From positions 13,250 to 77,249 of the forward strand of contig CAKOJQ010000002.1 in assembly GCA_934090795.1 (NCBI GenBank): DNA of 64,000 nt. The letters run 5' to 3'. A program made the translations under genes and the position numbers. Shown here in pieces: positions 16,787-26,299 of this stretch (positions within the stretch are counted from its first letter, which is position 1; each line of letters opens with the position of its first letter). A model generated the notes under the pieces. It was not told the origin of the DNA. It was given only the letters and a program-made list of their open reading frames with translations, and did no database searches. This stretch comes from an uncultured Bacilli bacterium. Lineage in GTDB: Bacteria; Bacillota_I; Bacilli_A; RF39; UBA660.

Positions 16787-17437
16787 ATGAAAAAAATATT
16801 AATGTTAAGTGGCCCTGATAATAGAAAAGGCTATATAGAAGATGTTAAAGAACTAATAAATAAAAATTTAAGTGGTAAAAGAAGTATAATATGTATTTCG
16901 GCTAATCCGGATAAATATGAAAAAAATGATAAACAAGTTTATGGTAAAGATGATTCTTTAGGCATTATTAAGATGCTTGGTATGTGTTGAGTTAAAATTG
17001 AAAATACATATTTAATTGATAATAGAAACATTAAAGAATTTGATAAAAATTTGTTTTTAGATGTGGATATAATATATTTTATGGGAGGAGATCCTTTGTT
17101 ACAAAATCAATTTGTAATTGATAACAATCTTTTAGAATATATAAAGATGTCAGATGCATTTATAATTGGTGTTAGTGCTGGATCAATGAATTTAGCAGAA
17201 AATACTTTTATTCCTAAATATGAATTAAATGATAAAGCAAGATTTATTAAGGGATTTGGACTATGTAATTATTCTATTGTTCCTCATTATGATATTAATG
17301 ATTTGATGCAGGTTAATGAAGTAAAAGAAAATTGTTGTGAACATAATTTAATTGGATTACCTAATGAATCAGCAATTTATATAAATGGGGATATTGTTGA
17401 ATTTGTTAATGATTATTATTTATATAATAGCAAATAA
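16787..17437 (+). pseudogene. Peptidase S51 family, paralogue 5, interrupted by an in-frame TGA
   Basis: Track ORFs 16787..16990 and 17051..17437 share one frame, and the stretch between them is open. The TGA at 16988..16990 is the only stop. The product is colinear with paralogue 1 (MKxIxLLSGPD..., FMGGDP, GVSAGSMNL, VPHYD, IGLPNES). Confidence 0.75.
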
Positions 17438-17511
17438 AATATTTAGGGAAACCTGAATATTTTTTTAATACTTAAACCATTATATTCATAGAATATTATG
17501 GGAGATAAATC

Positions 17512-19197
17512 ATGAAAAATTGTTATAATAGTGAAACAAATAAAATACTTAAAGTTGCAGAAAAAGAAATGCTTAGTTGTCATCATCCTTATGTTGGAAC
17601 TGAACATTTATTATTATCCTTATTAAAGAATAAAAATATTAGTAAGATATGTTATAAATATAATTTAAATTATTATAATTATAAAAAGAATTTACTTAAG
17701 ATTATAGGAAGTGCTACTAAAGAGTCTAAATATATTTTATATACTCCTTTATTAAAGTTAGTAATTAATAAAGCAAGAGAAAATTCAGATAAAGATAATA
17801 AAGCATTAGATGAATATTATTTATTGTCTAGTTTATTATCTTATAAAGATGGAATAGGTTACAGTATAGTTAATAATATGGGTATTGATTTAGATGCTCT
17901 TACTTTAGAACTTAATAATCAAGGCGTTCTAAATGAATTTGGTACTGTTTTAAATGATGAGGCAACTGATAAAATTTATTTAAGAGATAAAGAAATAAAA
18001 AATATTATGGAGATACTCTTAAGAAAAAATAAAAATAATCCTTTATTAATAGGACATGCGGGAGTTGGAAAGACTGCTTTAGTTAAAGAACTTGCTAGAA
18101 GAATAAAGATTGGAGATGTTCCGGTAGAATTAAAGGATAAAAAAATAATTTCAGTTCAAGTAAGTACTTTAATATCAGGAACTAAATATAGAGGAGAGTT
18201 TGAAGCAAGAGTTAATGATTTAATTAAAGAGTGTATTAAAAATAAAAATATAATTTTATTTATAGATGAAATTCATACAATTATGAAAACTGGTTCTAGT
18301 GAAGGAGCAATAGATGCTGGTAATATATTAAAACCTTATTTATGTAATGGGGAGATAAAAATTATTGGAGCTACTACTATAAGTGAATATAAAGAATATA
18401 TTAAGAAAGATCAGGCTTTACTTAGAAGATTTACTCCTATCATGGTTAATGAACCAAGTTTAAAAGATATGGAATTTATATTAAATAAAGTTAAGAAGAG
18501 TTATGAAGAGTACTATAAATTAAAGATAAATAAAAATATAGTTAATTATATTATTAGTAATACAGATAAGTATATGCCTAATTTATATAATCCCGATAAA
18601 TCAATAGAAGTGTTAGATACAGTTTGTTCTAAGAAAATACTTGATAATTATGTTAATAAATCTAAGGATATGAACATTAAAATGATAGATGTAGATAATT
18701 TAATTAAGGAGAGAGTTAATATTATTAATATAGATGATAATAAGTTTAATGAGGTTAAATGTGAACTTGAGAAAAAATATAATGAATTGATTGTTAAAAA
18801 TATAATGAATATTATTAGGGATAATAAGTTTAATAAGTATATGTTTTTAAATGGAGAAAGTAAGAGTAAAGAGAAAATAATTAGTTATATTGCTAATAAG
18901 TTAGGAATTAATTTAATTAATATTAATTGTTTAGAGTTTAATGATGAATTTGGAGTTAATAAGTTAATTAATAATAATTATTTATATAATAAGATAGATG
19001 AGAATCCTTATTCAATTATTTGTTTTAATAATTATGATAAATCGGGTAGAATTATTAGAAATTTAGTTGATTCGATGATTAGTAATGGTTATATAAGTAA
19101 TATGAATAATGAGAAGGTATATTTAAATAATTCGATTATATTTGTATTTAATAATGAAGAGACAAGTAGAATTGGGTTTAATGAGTTAGTTGCTTAG
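17512..19197 (+). CDS. ClpC-like AAA+ ATPase with a single intact ATPase ring (Clp_N + D1; D2 degenerate or truncated)
   Basis: Clp_N repeat (HPYVGTEHLLLSLL). Walker A GHAGVGKTA, Walker B ILFIDEIH, ALLRRF. The C-terminal ~220 aa retain only a Walker-A remnant (NGESKSKEK). 561 aa; from memory, canonical ClpC is ~810 aa. Confidence 0.7.
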   Translation: MKNCYNSETNKILKVAEKEMLSCHHPYVGTEHLLLSLLKNKNISKICYKYNLNYYNYKKNLLKIIGSATKESKYILYTPLLKLVINKARENSDKDNKALDEYYLLSSLLSYKDGIGYSIVNNMGIDLDALTLELNNQGVLNEFGTVLNDEATDKIYLRDKEIKNIMEILLRKNKNNPLLIGHAGVGKTALVKELARRIKIGDVPVELKDKKIISVQVSTLISGTKYRGEFEARVNDLIKECIKNKNIILFIDEIHTIMKTGSSEGAIDAGNILKPYLCNGEIKIIGATTISEYKEYIKKDQALLRRFTPIMVNEPSLKDMEFILNKVKKSYEEYYKLKINKNIVNYIISNTDKYMPNLYNPDKSIEVLDTVCSKKILDNYVNKSKDMNIKMIDVDNLIKERVNIINIDDNKFNEVKCELEKKYNELIVKNIMNIIRDNKFNKYMFLNGESKSKEKIISYIANKLGINLININCLEFNDEFGVNKLINNNYLYNKIDENPYSIICFNNYDKSGRIIRNLVDSMISNGYISNMNNEKVYLNNSIIFVFNNEETSRIGFNELVA

Positions 19198-19224
19198 TGA
19201 TTATGTTAAAGTAATCACTTTTTT
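19197..19224 (+). terminator. Rho-independent terminator
   Basis: GTGATTA-tgttaaag-TAATCAC followed by T6. Confidence 0.75.
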
Positions 19225-19286
19225 AAGTTATGTTGTTTTATTTTTTTATTATAAATGATAAAATTAGGTATATGAAGGAGGTAATT

Positions 19287-20678
19287 ATGAAGATTTATAA
19301 TACTTTAACTAGAAAAATAGAGGAATTTGCACCTCATAATAAAGACATGGTTACTTTTTATTCTTGTGGTCCTACTGTGTATCATTATGCACATATTGGT
19401 AATTTAAGAAATTATATATGTAATGATTTATTGGATAGAACTTTAAGATATATTGGTTATAAAGTTGAAAGATGTATGAATATTACAGATGTTGGTCATT
19501 TAAAGAGTGATTCTGATTCCGGGGAAGATAAAATGGTTGCTAGTGCTAAGAAGGAACATAAAAGTGTTTTAGATATAGCTAAATTTTATACTGATGCTTT
19601 TTTTAAGGATTTTGATGCTTTAAATTGTAAGAGACCAGAAATTGTAAGCAATGCGAGTGATAATATTGATATGTATATTAAAATTATAGAGAAGTTACTT
19701 AAAGATGGTTATGCTTATCAAGCAGGTGGTAATGTTTATTTTGATGTTTCTAAATTAGATGATTATTATAAACTAACTAACCATAAGGAAGATGAAATGG
19801 TTGTTGGGGTAAGAGATGGAGTAGAGTTTGATGGTAATAAGAAAAATCAGGCTGACTTCGCTTTATGGTTTACTAAAAGTAAGTTTGAAGATCAAGAACT
19901 TAAATGGGATTCTCCTTTTGGTGTAGGTTACCCGGGATGGCATATTGAATGTTCTGGTATATCTATTAAAAATTTAGGAGAATATTTAGATATTCATACT
20001 GGTGGAGTTGATAATATTTTCCCTCATCATACTAATGAGATTGCTCAAAGTGAAGCTTATTTAGGACATAAATGGTGTAGTTATTGGGTACATACGGAAC
20101 ATTTAATGAGTATTGATGGTAAAATGAGTAAGAGTCATGGTGATGTTGTTACTGTTGATAGTTTAATTAATAAGGGATATAATCCATTATCATTTAGATA
20201 TATGTGTTTAAATAGTCATTATCGTAAACAATTAATATTTTCTTTTGATGCTCTTAATGCGGCAGAAAATGAATATAAAAAGTTAAAGAATAAGATAGCT
20301 AATTTAAAAGAAGATGGAATGCTTAGTGATGGTGATTTTGAAAATTATACTAATTTATTTACTGCTTGTATTGCTGATGATTTAAATACTGCTAATGCGA
20401 TTACTGTTATTTATTCTTTACTTAAAGATGAAACTGTTAATGGTACTACTAAAATTGAACTTATTAGATCTTTTGATAAGGTTTTGGCACTTGATTTATT
20501 AAAGAAAGATGAGGCTAAAAGAGAAGACCATGATTTAATTATGAAATTAATTGAAAAAAGAGATAAGGCTAAGAAGAGTAAAGATTATGAACTTGCTGAT
20601 TCAATAAGAGATGAATTATATAGTAAGGGTATTAAGTTAATTGATACTAGAGAAGGAACTACTTACGAGGAGGTATAG
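19287..20678 (+). CDS. cysS: Cysteinyl-tRNA synthetase
   Basis: HIGN (HIGH) and KMSKS motifs, plus WHIECS. GAAGGAGG RBS before the ATG at 19287. Confidence 0.95.
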   Translation: MKIYNTLTRKIEEFAPHNKDMVTFYSCGPTVYHYAHIGNLRNYICNDLLDRTLRYIGYKVERCMNITDVGHLKSDSDSGEDKMVASAKKEHKSVLDIAKFYTDAFFKDFDALNCKRPEIVSNASDNIDMYIKIIEKLLKDGYAYQAGGNVYFDVSKLDDYYKLTNHKEDEMVVGVRDGVEFDGNKKNQADFALWFTKSKFEDQELKWDSPFGVGYPGWHIECSGISIKNLGEYLDIHTGGVDNIFPHHTNEIAQSEAYLGHKWCSYWVHTEHLMSIDGKMSKSHGDVVTVDSLINKGYNPLSFRYMCLNSHYRKQLIFSFDALNAAENEYKKLKNKIANLKEDGMLSDGDFENYTNLFTACIADDLNTANAITVIYSLLKDETVNGTTKIELIRSFDKVLALDLLKKDEAKREDHDLIMKLIEKRDKAKKSKDYELADSIRDELYSKGIKLIDTREGTTYEEV

Positions 20679-20681
20679 ATT

Positions 20682-21338
20682 ATGGATTACATGTATTTAC
20701 TAATGTTGTTAATTCCAATGGCTGCTCAAATTTATATTTCAGTAACTTATGGAAAATATAAAAAGATTAAGAATTCTTATGATATGACAGGATATGATGT
20801 TGCAAGAAAGATTCTTGATGATAATGGTTTAAATGATGTTTATGTTGTAGAAACTACTGGTACTTTAAGTGATCATTATGATCCTAAAAGAAAAACTGTT
20901 AGGTTGTCTAATGAAGTTTATAATGGATCTAGTGTTGCTTCAATGGCTATTGCTGCTCATGAATGTGGCCATGCGATTCAAGATAAAGAAGGATATTTCT
21001 TTTTAAGATTAAGAAGTTTTATCTTTCCGGTTGTTAGCTTGGGTACTAAGTTTGCGTATGTTGTTCTGGTTATTGGATTACTTTTAGAGACAATGGACTT
21101 AATTGCTTTAGGTATTGCTCTTGTTGGACTTGGTTTATTATTCCAATTAGTTACTTTACCGACTGAAATTAATGCATCTAAAAGAGCTCAGGAAAATTTA
21201 AAGAATTTAGGATATGGTGATGATACTGATGGAACTAAAAAAATGCTTGTTAGTGCAGCTTTAACATATGTTGCAGGAGTTTTATCTTCAGCTTTAGAAG
21301 TTATAAGATTAATTAAAATTTTTGGAGATAGGGATTAA
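20682..21338 (+). CDS. Membrane zinc metallopeptidase (YugP-like)
   Basis: HECGHAIQ (HExxH), an N-terminal TM helix and two C-terminal TM helices. GAGGAGG RBS. Confidence 0.75.
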   Translation: MDYMYLLMLLIPMAAQIYISVTYGKYKKIKNSYDMTGYDVARKILDDNGLNDVYVVETTGTLSDHYDPKRKTVRLSNEVYNGSSVASMAIAAHECGHAIQDKEGYFFLRLRSFIFPVVSLGTKFAYVVLVIGLLLETMDLIALGIALVGLGLLFQLVTLPTEINASKRAQENLKNLGYGDDTDGTKKMLVSAALTYVAGVLSSALEVIRLIKIFGDRD

Positions 21339-21350
21339 CTATCTCTTTTT
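21325..21350 (+). terminator. Rho-independent terminator
   Basis: GAGATAG-ggattaa-CTATCTC followed by T5. Confidence 0.75.
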
Positions 21351-21407
21351 ATATAGATTTTTGATTTAAAAATTGTTATACTAAATAGTAGGAAAGAGTT
21401 AAATGAT

Positions 21408-21998
21408 ATGAATAAGATAAAAAATGATGTTACTGTGTCAATTTTTTTAGTTATTTTAATCATAGTTACTACTATGAGTGTTACTTTTGCTTATTTTAGA
21501 GCAGTTATAAATAGCGCTAATAGCAGTATAAATGCTAGTGGAAGTTCAGCTAATGTAAGTTTAACTTTTGCTAATGGTACAACAAATGAAACTATTGTGG
21601 GAGATAAAATTATTCCTGGGTGGAGTGATATTAAGAAATTTACTATAACTGGAATAAATACAAATACTAATAGAAAAAATTTAACTTATAATATATTAAT
21701 GGTTGTAGATGCAAATACGTTTGATAGTGGAGAGTTACTTTACGATTTAGAAGGTAATGGATATACTATTACCAATAAAAAAATACCAAGTTTAAGTGAA
21801 ATAACAAATAATAGATTTAGTTTATTTCCTAGTGGAACTAGTTTGCCTGTTGTTGCTGGTGGAACAAGTAGTGTAACTCATAGTTATACTTTAACTATCA
21901 AATATCCTAATTTAGAAAATGTTCCACAATATGCAGATGGAAAGACATTTGCTGCACATATAATTGTTGAAAGCTCTTCTAAAATTACTAGAAGTTAA
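21408..21998 (+). CDS. Secreted protein with a SipW-dependent-type (TasA/camelysin-like) signal peptide
   Basis: The N-terminal TM helix ends in the TFAYF motif typical of SipW-cognate signal peptides. The mature part is Thr/Asn/Ser-rich. Confidence 0.5.
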   Translation: MNKIKNDVTVSIFLVILIIVTTMSVTFAYFRAVINSANSSINASGSSANVSLTFANGTTNETIVGDKIIPGWSDIKKFTITGINTNTNRKNLTYNILMVVDANTFDSGELLYDLEGNGYTITNKKIPSLSEITNNRFSLFPSGTSLPVVAGGTSSVTHSYTLTIKYPNLENVPQYADGKTFAAHIIVESSSKITRS

Positions 21999-22008
21999 TA
22001 TATAAATA

Positions 22009-22037
22009 AAAAGCATGGATTTTGATTCCATGCTTTA
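22009..22037. terminator. Bidirectional terminator between convergent genes
   Basis: AAAGCATGGA-ttttga-TTCCATGCTTT. Confidence 0.75.
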
Positions 22038-23228
22038 TTCATTTGATAAATTATCAAAATAGCCTTGAATTAGAACAACTGGTGTTCCTTTATCGCCAGA
22101 ACCGCTGGTTAGGTCACATAATGAGCCAACTAAGTCAGTAATTCTTCTTGGAGTAGTTCCTAAAGAAATATTTTGTCCTATTAGGTTATTTTGTTTTTCT
22201 TTTATTTCGTTAATGATAGCCTTTTTTAGATCATTGCCTGTTAAACTAGCATATTTATTATCTGCTACATATTTTAATTTGATTTCATTTGGAGTTCCAA
22301 TAAGTCCATCAGTAAAAGCTGGGGATACTACTGGATCGGCAAGTTCCCATATTTTTCCAACTGGATCTTTAAAGGCACCATCTCCATAAACCATTACTTC
22401 TATTGTTTTACCTGTTTTTTCTTTTAATAAATCTTGAATTTTGTGTACCAATTCATTACCTGTTTTAGGAAATAATTTTAATTTTTCTTCAGTAGATTTA
22501 TTTGAACCTAATAATCCGTATTCAGGATTAAATCCAGAGTTGTTAATTGGTTTGTTTAAAATATCAGTTAAAGAGTAGACATTTGCGTTATGATTTTTTA
22601 ACAAATTTTTAGTTTTTTCTCTAGTATGAATATCGCAATTTATTACATTGTTAGTATATTTTAAAATCTCTAATGGATTATTAGAAAAGATAAATTCAGT
22701 TTTACAATTTTCTTTTTCACATAATTCCTTATAAAATTTAACCATATTTATACCTGTAAATGGATGAATCCAGTCACCAAAGTATTCATTATATTCTTTT
22801 TCTGTAAATGAACTACCTAGATTAAAGTTACTATTATCTAGTTTATTTTCATCTAGGATGCCATTACCAACTTCGTCAGCTGGAAAAGATAATTGGATTG
22901 TTATTTTATCCATATTTCTTGCTATACCTTTTAAGATATTAGAAAAACGATTTCTAGATAATATTGGATAAACTATTCCTATTTCTTTAGTGTTAAATTT
23001 AGAAGATACATCAAGTGCAATGTCATCTATGGTTACATAGTTTCCTTCACTTATACCAACAACTGCTTCAGTTATACCAACAATATCCTTATCATTAAAT
23101 GTAAAGTTATGTTCTTTACTTGCTTCTAATAAAGAATTAACAACAATGGCAGCTAGGTCATCTCCTTCTTTAATAATGGGTGTTCTAATACCTCTTACAC
23201 ATGTTCCTACAATTCTTATAAATATCAC
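22035..23228 (-). CDS. F420-0:gamma-glutamyl ligase (CofE)-like domain protein
   Basis: The N-terminus RGIRTPIIKEGDDL and the GDGAFKDP motif resemble the CofE-like family, recalled from memory. GTG start with a poorly spaced RBS, so the start is uncertain. Confidence 0.45.
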   Translation of the reverse strand: MIFIRIVGTCVRGIRTPIIKEGDDLAAIVVNSLLEASKEHNFTFNDKDIVGITEAVVGISEGNYVTIDDIALDVSSKFNTKEIGIVYPILSRNRFSNILKGIARNMDKITIQLSFPADEVGNGILDENKLDNSNFNLGSSFTEKEYNEYFGDWIHPFTGINMVKFYKELCEKENCKTEFIFSNNPLEILKYTNNVINCDIHTREKTKNLLKNHNANVYSLTDILNKPINNSGFNPEYGLLGSNKSTEEKLKLFPKTGNELVHKIQDLLKEKTGKTIEVMVYGDGAFKDPVGKIWELADPVVSPAFTDGLIGTPNEIKLKYVADNKYASLTGNDLKKAIINEIKEKQNNLIGQNISLGTTPRRITDLVGSLCDLTSGSGDKGTPVVLIQGYFDNLSNE

Positions 23229-23379
23229 GTCCTTACAATAAAATTTTACTAAGTAATTATATGCAAGTCAAATTAATTTACTATTATTTACACTTTATGT
23301 TTATGGTACAATAGATATAATTAAAATTTAATGCAATAATTTGTTATTTTATGTCGTTAATATAGTGAGAGGTTATGTT

Positions 23380-23934
23380 ATGTTTTCAATATTTAAGATA
23401 AACAATGATATTTTATTAGATACTTATATAAGTAGAATTGCAAGTGGTGATATGAGTGCTCTTGAAAAGCTTTATAATGAGACAAGAGTTAATGTATATG
23501 CTTATGCTTTTTCTATTTTAAATAATACTTCTGATAGTGAAGATGTAATGCAGGATGTTTATCTTAATATATATAAGTATGCACAGTCATATAGTTCTAG
23601 AAATAAACCTCTTTCATGGATTTTAACAATAACTAAAAATTTATGTGTGGAAAAGTTAAGAAAAAAGAAAAAGATAATTTATGATGATATTGAGAAAATA
23701 GAAAATATTCTTGGTAAAAAAGATATTTCATATGATAAAGTGCTTTTAAAAATTGTGTTAGAAGAATTACCAGATGAAGAAAGAAAATTAGTTATTTTAA
23801 ATTTAGTTGAAGGATTTACTTTTTTAGAAATAAGTAAATTTCTTAATATGAAATTATCAACCGTACTTTCAAAGTATAACCGAGCTATGAAGAAAGTTCG
23901 TAAAAGATATAAGGAGGCAATTAATGAAAAATGA
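23380..23934 (+). CDS. ECF-type RNA polymerase sigma-70 factor
   Basis: Region 2 (DVMQDVYLNIYK) and a region 4 HTH (FLEISKFLNMKLSTVLSKYNRAMKKVR). Confidence 0.8.
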   Translation: MFSIFKINNDILLDTYISRIASGDMSALEKLYNETRVNVYAYAFSILNNTSDSEDVMQDVYLNIYKYAQSYSSRNKPLSWILTITKNLCVEKLRKKKKIIYDDIEKIENILGKKDISYDKVLLKIVLEELPDEERKLVILNLVEGFTFLEISKFLNMKLSTVLSKYNRAMKKVRKRYKEAINEK

Positions 23935-25309
23935 TATAAAAAAAGAACTAAATAATGTTTTTAGTAATTTAATAAGTAGTAATTTTGAAGATGTGTCTCA
24001 AAAGATAAATAGTGATAGTGGAGTAGTGTTAAATATCAAAAAAGAAAAAAGTAAAAAAATAATATTAGCTGGATGTTTAAGTTTTGCTTGTTTAATTATT
24101 TTGTTTATTGGTTTATTATATTTTAATAATAATTCTGTTGCTGTAATTGGTATTGATGTTAATCCTAGTTTAGAAATATATGTAAATTCTAAAAATAAAG
24201 TTGTTAAAGTAAACACTAATAATGATGATGCGAATATAATGTTAAATGGTTTAAATTTAAAGGGAACTAACATTAATAAAGCTTTAAATATTATCTTTGC
24301 ATTTATGATTAAAGATGGATATATTACTAATGAAGATAATTCAGTATTATTAAGTTTAGTAGATGGTAGTTATGAAATATCTGATTTAGCTAATAGTGTA
24401 TATGATTATTTAAAAAGTAATGATGTTGATTCATCTATAATGATTGAAAATACTGATACTACAGATTTTGATAATGAACTAGCTAAAAAATATAATATAT
24501 CTGTTTCTAAAATTAAATTAATTAAAAGTATTGTAAGTACTAATTCATTATATAATTTTGATGATTTAGTAAAATTAAGCACTAATGAATTAAATTTGTT
24601 ATCTAATAGTAGTATGAATAAAAATGAAAATGTTGTTACGATAGGAAATGCAAGTAAATCTAAATATAAAACTATTGACGAAATTAAACAAATTATTTTT
24701 AAAGAAGCTGGTGTATCTTCTAATAAGGTTAAAAATTTAAAAATTGATCTTGATTATTTTGATGGCAAAATAGGTTATACGTGTAAGTTTACTTCAAATA
24801 AATCTGATTATTATTATGCAATAGATGCTATTACTGGAAAAATATTTAGATTGGGATTGAAGTTTGATTATGATATTAGATTTGCTGATGGATTTGATGA
24901 TGATGGTTATTTAAAAGAAGAAGAAATAAAGGATATTGTAATTAAAAAAACTAATATAACTAATTATTATGATTATAAAATTGAAACTAATTATATTGCT
25001 GGTAAACCTGTATATGAAGTTAAATTTAAAACAGATAAATTAGAATATAAATTAAAAATAAATGCAATTAATGGAGAGATTATTAATTATGAAGTTATAA
25101 ATACTGATAAAGATTTAAAAATTTTAAATGAAGATAAAATTAAAAATATTGTGTTTAATGATGCTAGAGTAGTAAAGTATTATGATTATGAAATGATATT
25201 AGATATTGATAATAATGTATATGATATTAGTTTTAAAACTGATGATAAGGAGTTTAATTATAAGTTAAATTCTAAAACTGGTAAAATATTAAAAAAAGCG
25301 ACTTTTTAG
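23924..25309 (+). CDS. Membrane anti-sigma factor with three extracellular PepSY-like domains
   Basis: Overlaps the sigma gene by 11 nt. It has a single TM helix and three repeated PepSY-like modules (…AIDAITGKI, …KINAINGEI, …KLNSKTGKI). Confidence 0.6.
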   Translation: MKNDIKKELNNVFSNLISSNFEDVSQKINSDSGVVLNIKKEKSKKIILAGCLSFACLIILFIGLLYFNNNSVAVIGIDVNPSLEIYVNSKNKVVKVNTNNDDANIMLNGLNLKGTNINKALNIIFAFMIKDGYITNEDNSVLLSLVDGSYEISDLANSVYDYLKSNDVDSSIMIENTDTTDFDNELAKKYNISVSKIKLIKSIVSTNSLYNFDDLVKLSTNELNLLSNSSMNKNENVVTIGNASKSKYKTIDEIKQIIFKEAGVSSNKVKNLKIDLDYFDGKIGYTCKFTSNKSDYYYAIDAITGKIFRLGLKFDYDIRFADGFDDDGYLKEEEIKDIVIKKTNITNYYDYKIETNYIAGKPVYEVKFKTDKLEYKLKINAINGEIINYEVINTDKDLKILNEDKIKNIVFNDARVVKYYDYEMILDIDNNVYDISFKTDDKEFNYKLNSKTGKILKKATF

Positions 25310-25902
25310 TCGTTTTCATTTTCTAGTAATAATTTTGATATTTCTTGCCAACCTGTTTTCCAATCGTATCCAGCTCTTATAATATTTTTTTCTTTTAATA
25401 TTTTATCGTCAATGTTTTTATTATGATATGATGGAAATAGAATTTTAAGTTTAGTATCATTATCAAAGTTAGGCAAATAATCATCTATTTGAATATTAGC
25501 TTTTACCATGTTTTTAGAGCTTGTTAAAATAAATTTTTTGGGATTTATAAAAGGTAAATTTTTTCTTAAAAAATCATATTTATTTTTAAATTGAATTCCT
25601 GAATTATCTAAATCAAATGTATTTAAACATGCTGAACAAATGTATATTTCATATTTTTCATTTAGTTTTTTTATTGTTTCAATAGCACCTGGTAGAAAAG
25701 ATGTATAATCATAGAGATTTCTTTTACTTACGTATTCATTAAATTCATTAAATCTTTCTTTTGGTATAACTTTTTCATCAATATAATAACAGTCGAAATC
25801 GTCAATATTGTAATTTGTATTTAAGAAATCATTAACTGCTTCTAGATAACCAGAAAAACATATAACTTCATCAACATCTAACAATAGGTCTTTTTTCTTC
25901 AT
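25306..25902 (-). CDS. HAD-superfamily 5'(3')-deoxyribonucleotidase-like protein
   Basis: The DxDxV motif (LLDVDEV) at the N-terminus is typical of NT5C-type HAD phosphatases. AAGGAG RBS. Confidence 0.5.
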   Translation of the reverse strand: MKKKDLLLDVDEVICFSGYLEAVNDFLNTNYNIDDFDCYYIDEKVIPKERFNEFNEYVSKRNLYDYTSFLPGAIETIKKLNEKYEIYICSACLNTFDLDNSGIQFKNKYDFLRKNLPFINPKKFILTSSKNMVKANIQIDDYLPNFDNDTKLKILFPSYHNKNIDDKILKEKNIIRAGYDWKTGWQEISKLLLENEND

Positions 25903-25973
25903 TTAAATCATACTCCTTGTTAACATTATTGTATAATAAATTTATAATTGTTCCAAGTGAAATAATTAAAAAT

Positions 25974-26001
25974 AAAAAAGATGGGTTAAAACCATCTTTT
26001 T
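25974..26001 (-). terminator. Terminator downstream of tRNA-Ala
   Basis: AAAAGATGG-gttaaaa-CCATCTTTT, with an A/T tract on both sides. Confidence 0.7.
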
Positions 26002-26012
26002 AGATTCTTCAT

Positions 26013-26089
26013 TGGTGGAGAATAAGGGACTCGAACCCTTGACCCTCTGCGTGCAAGGCAGATGCTCTAGCCAACTGAGCTAATTCCCC
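26013..26089 (-). tRNA. tRNA-Ala: tRNA-Ala (anticodon UGC)
   Basis: Reverse complement GGGGAATTAGCTCAGTTGGCTAGAGCATCTGCCTTGCACGCAGAGGGTCAAGGGTTCGAGTCCCTTATTCTCCACCA folds as a cloverleaf. The anticodon loop is CTTGCAC, the G3:U70 Ala identity pair is present and CCA is encoded. Confidence 0.95.
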
Positions 26090-26299
26090 AAGAACAAGAT
26101 TATATTATCATAATCATTTTAGAAATTCAATAGAAAAATTTAATAAAAATAACAATTTTTTAAATAAATATTGTTTAAATAGAAATATTTTGTTAAAAAG
26201 CGTAAAACAAAAAGAATAAATGACAATTAAATGTCAACAATCTTAATATAAATAATAAAAAAAGATACTTGAATAAATTAAAAAGTATCTTTTTAAATA

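Noticed and set aside
16988-16990. Selenocysteine decoding of the in-frame TGA
   Set aside because: I saw no SECIS-like stem-loop directly downstream. The S51 family is not known to contain selenoproteins, and the aligned position in paralogue 1 is not a Cys.
23998-24273. Antisense or nested ORFs: 23998..24273, 30836..31024, 34315..34569, 44494..44877, 45937..46155, 46573..46848, 47094..47321, 49795..49989, 51632..51844, 53440..53673, 55509..55760 and 58947..59147
   Set aside because: Each lies inside, antisense to or out of frame with a longer ORF that has clear family motifs. None has an RBS, and their compositions are typical of non-coding frames.
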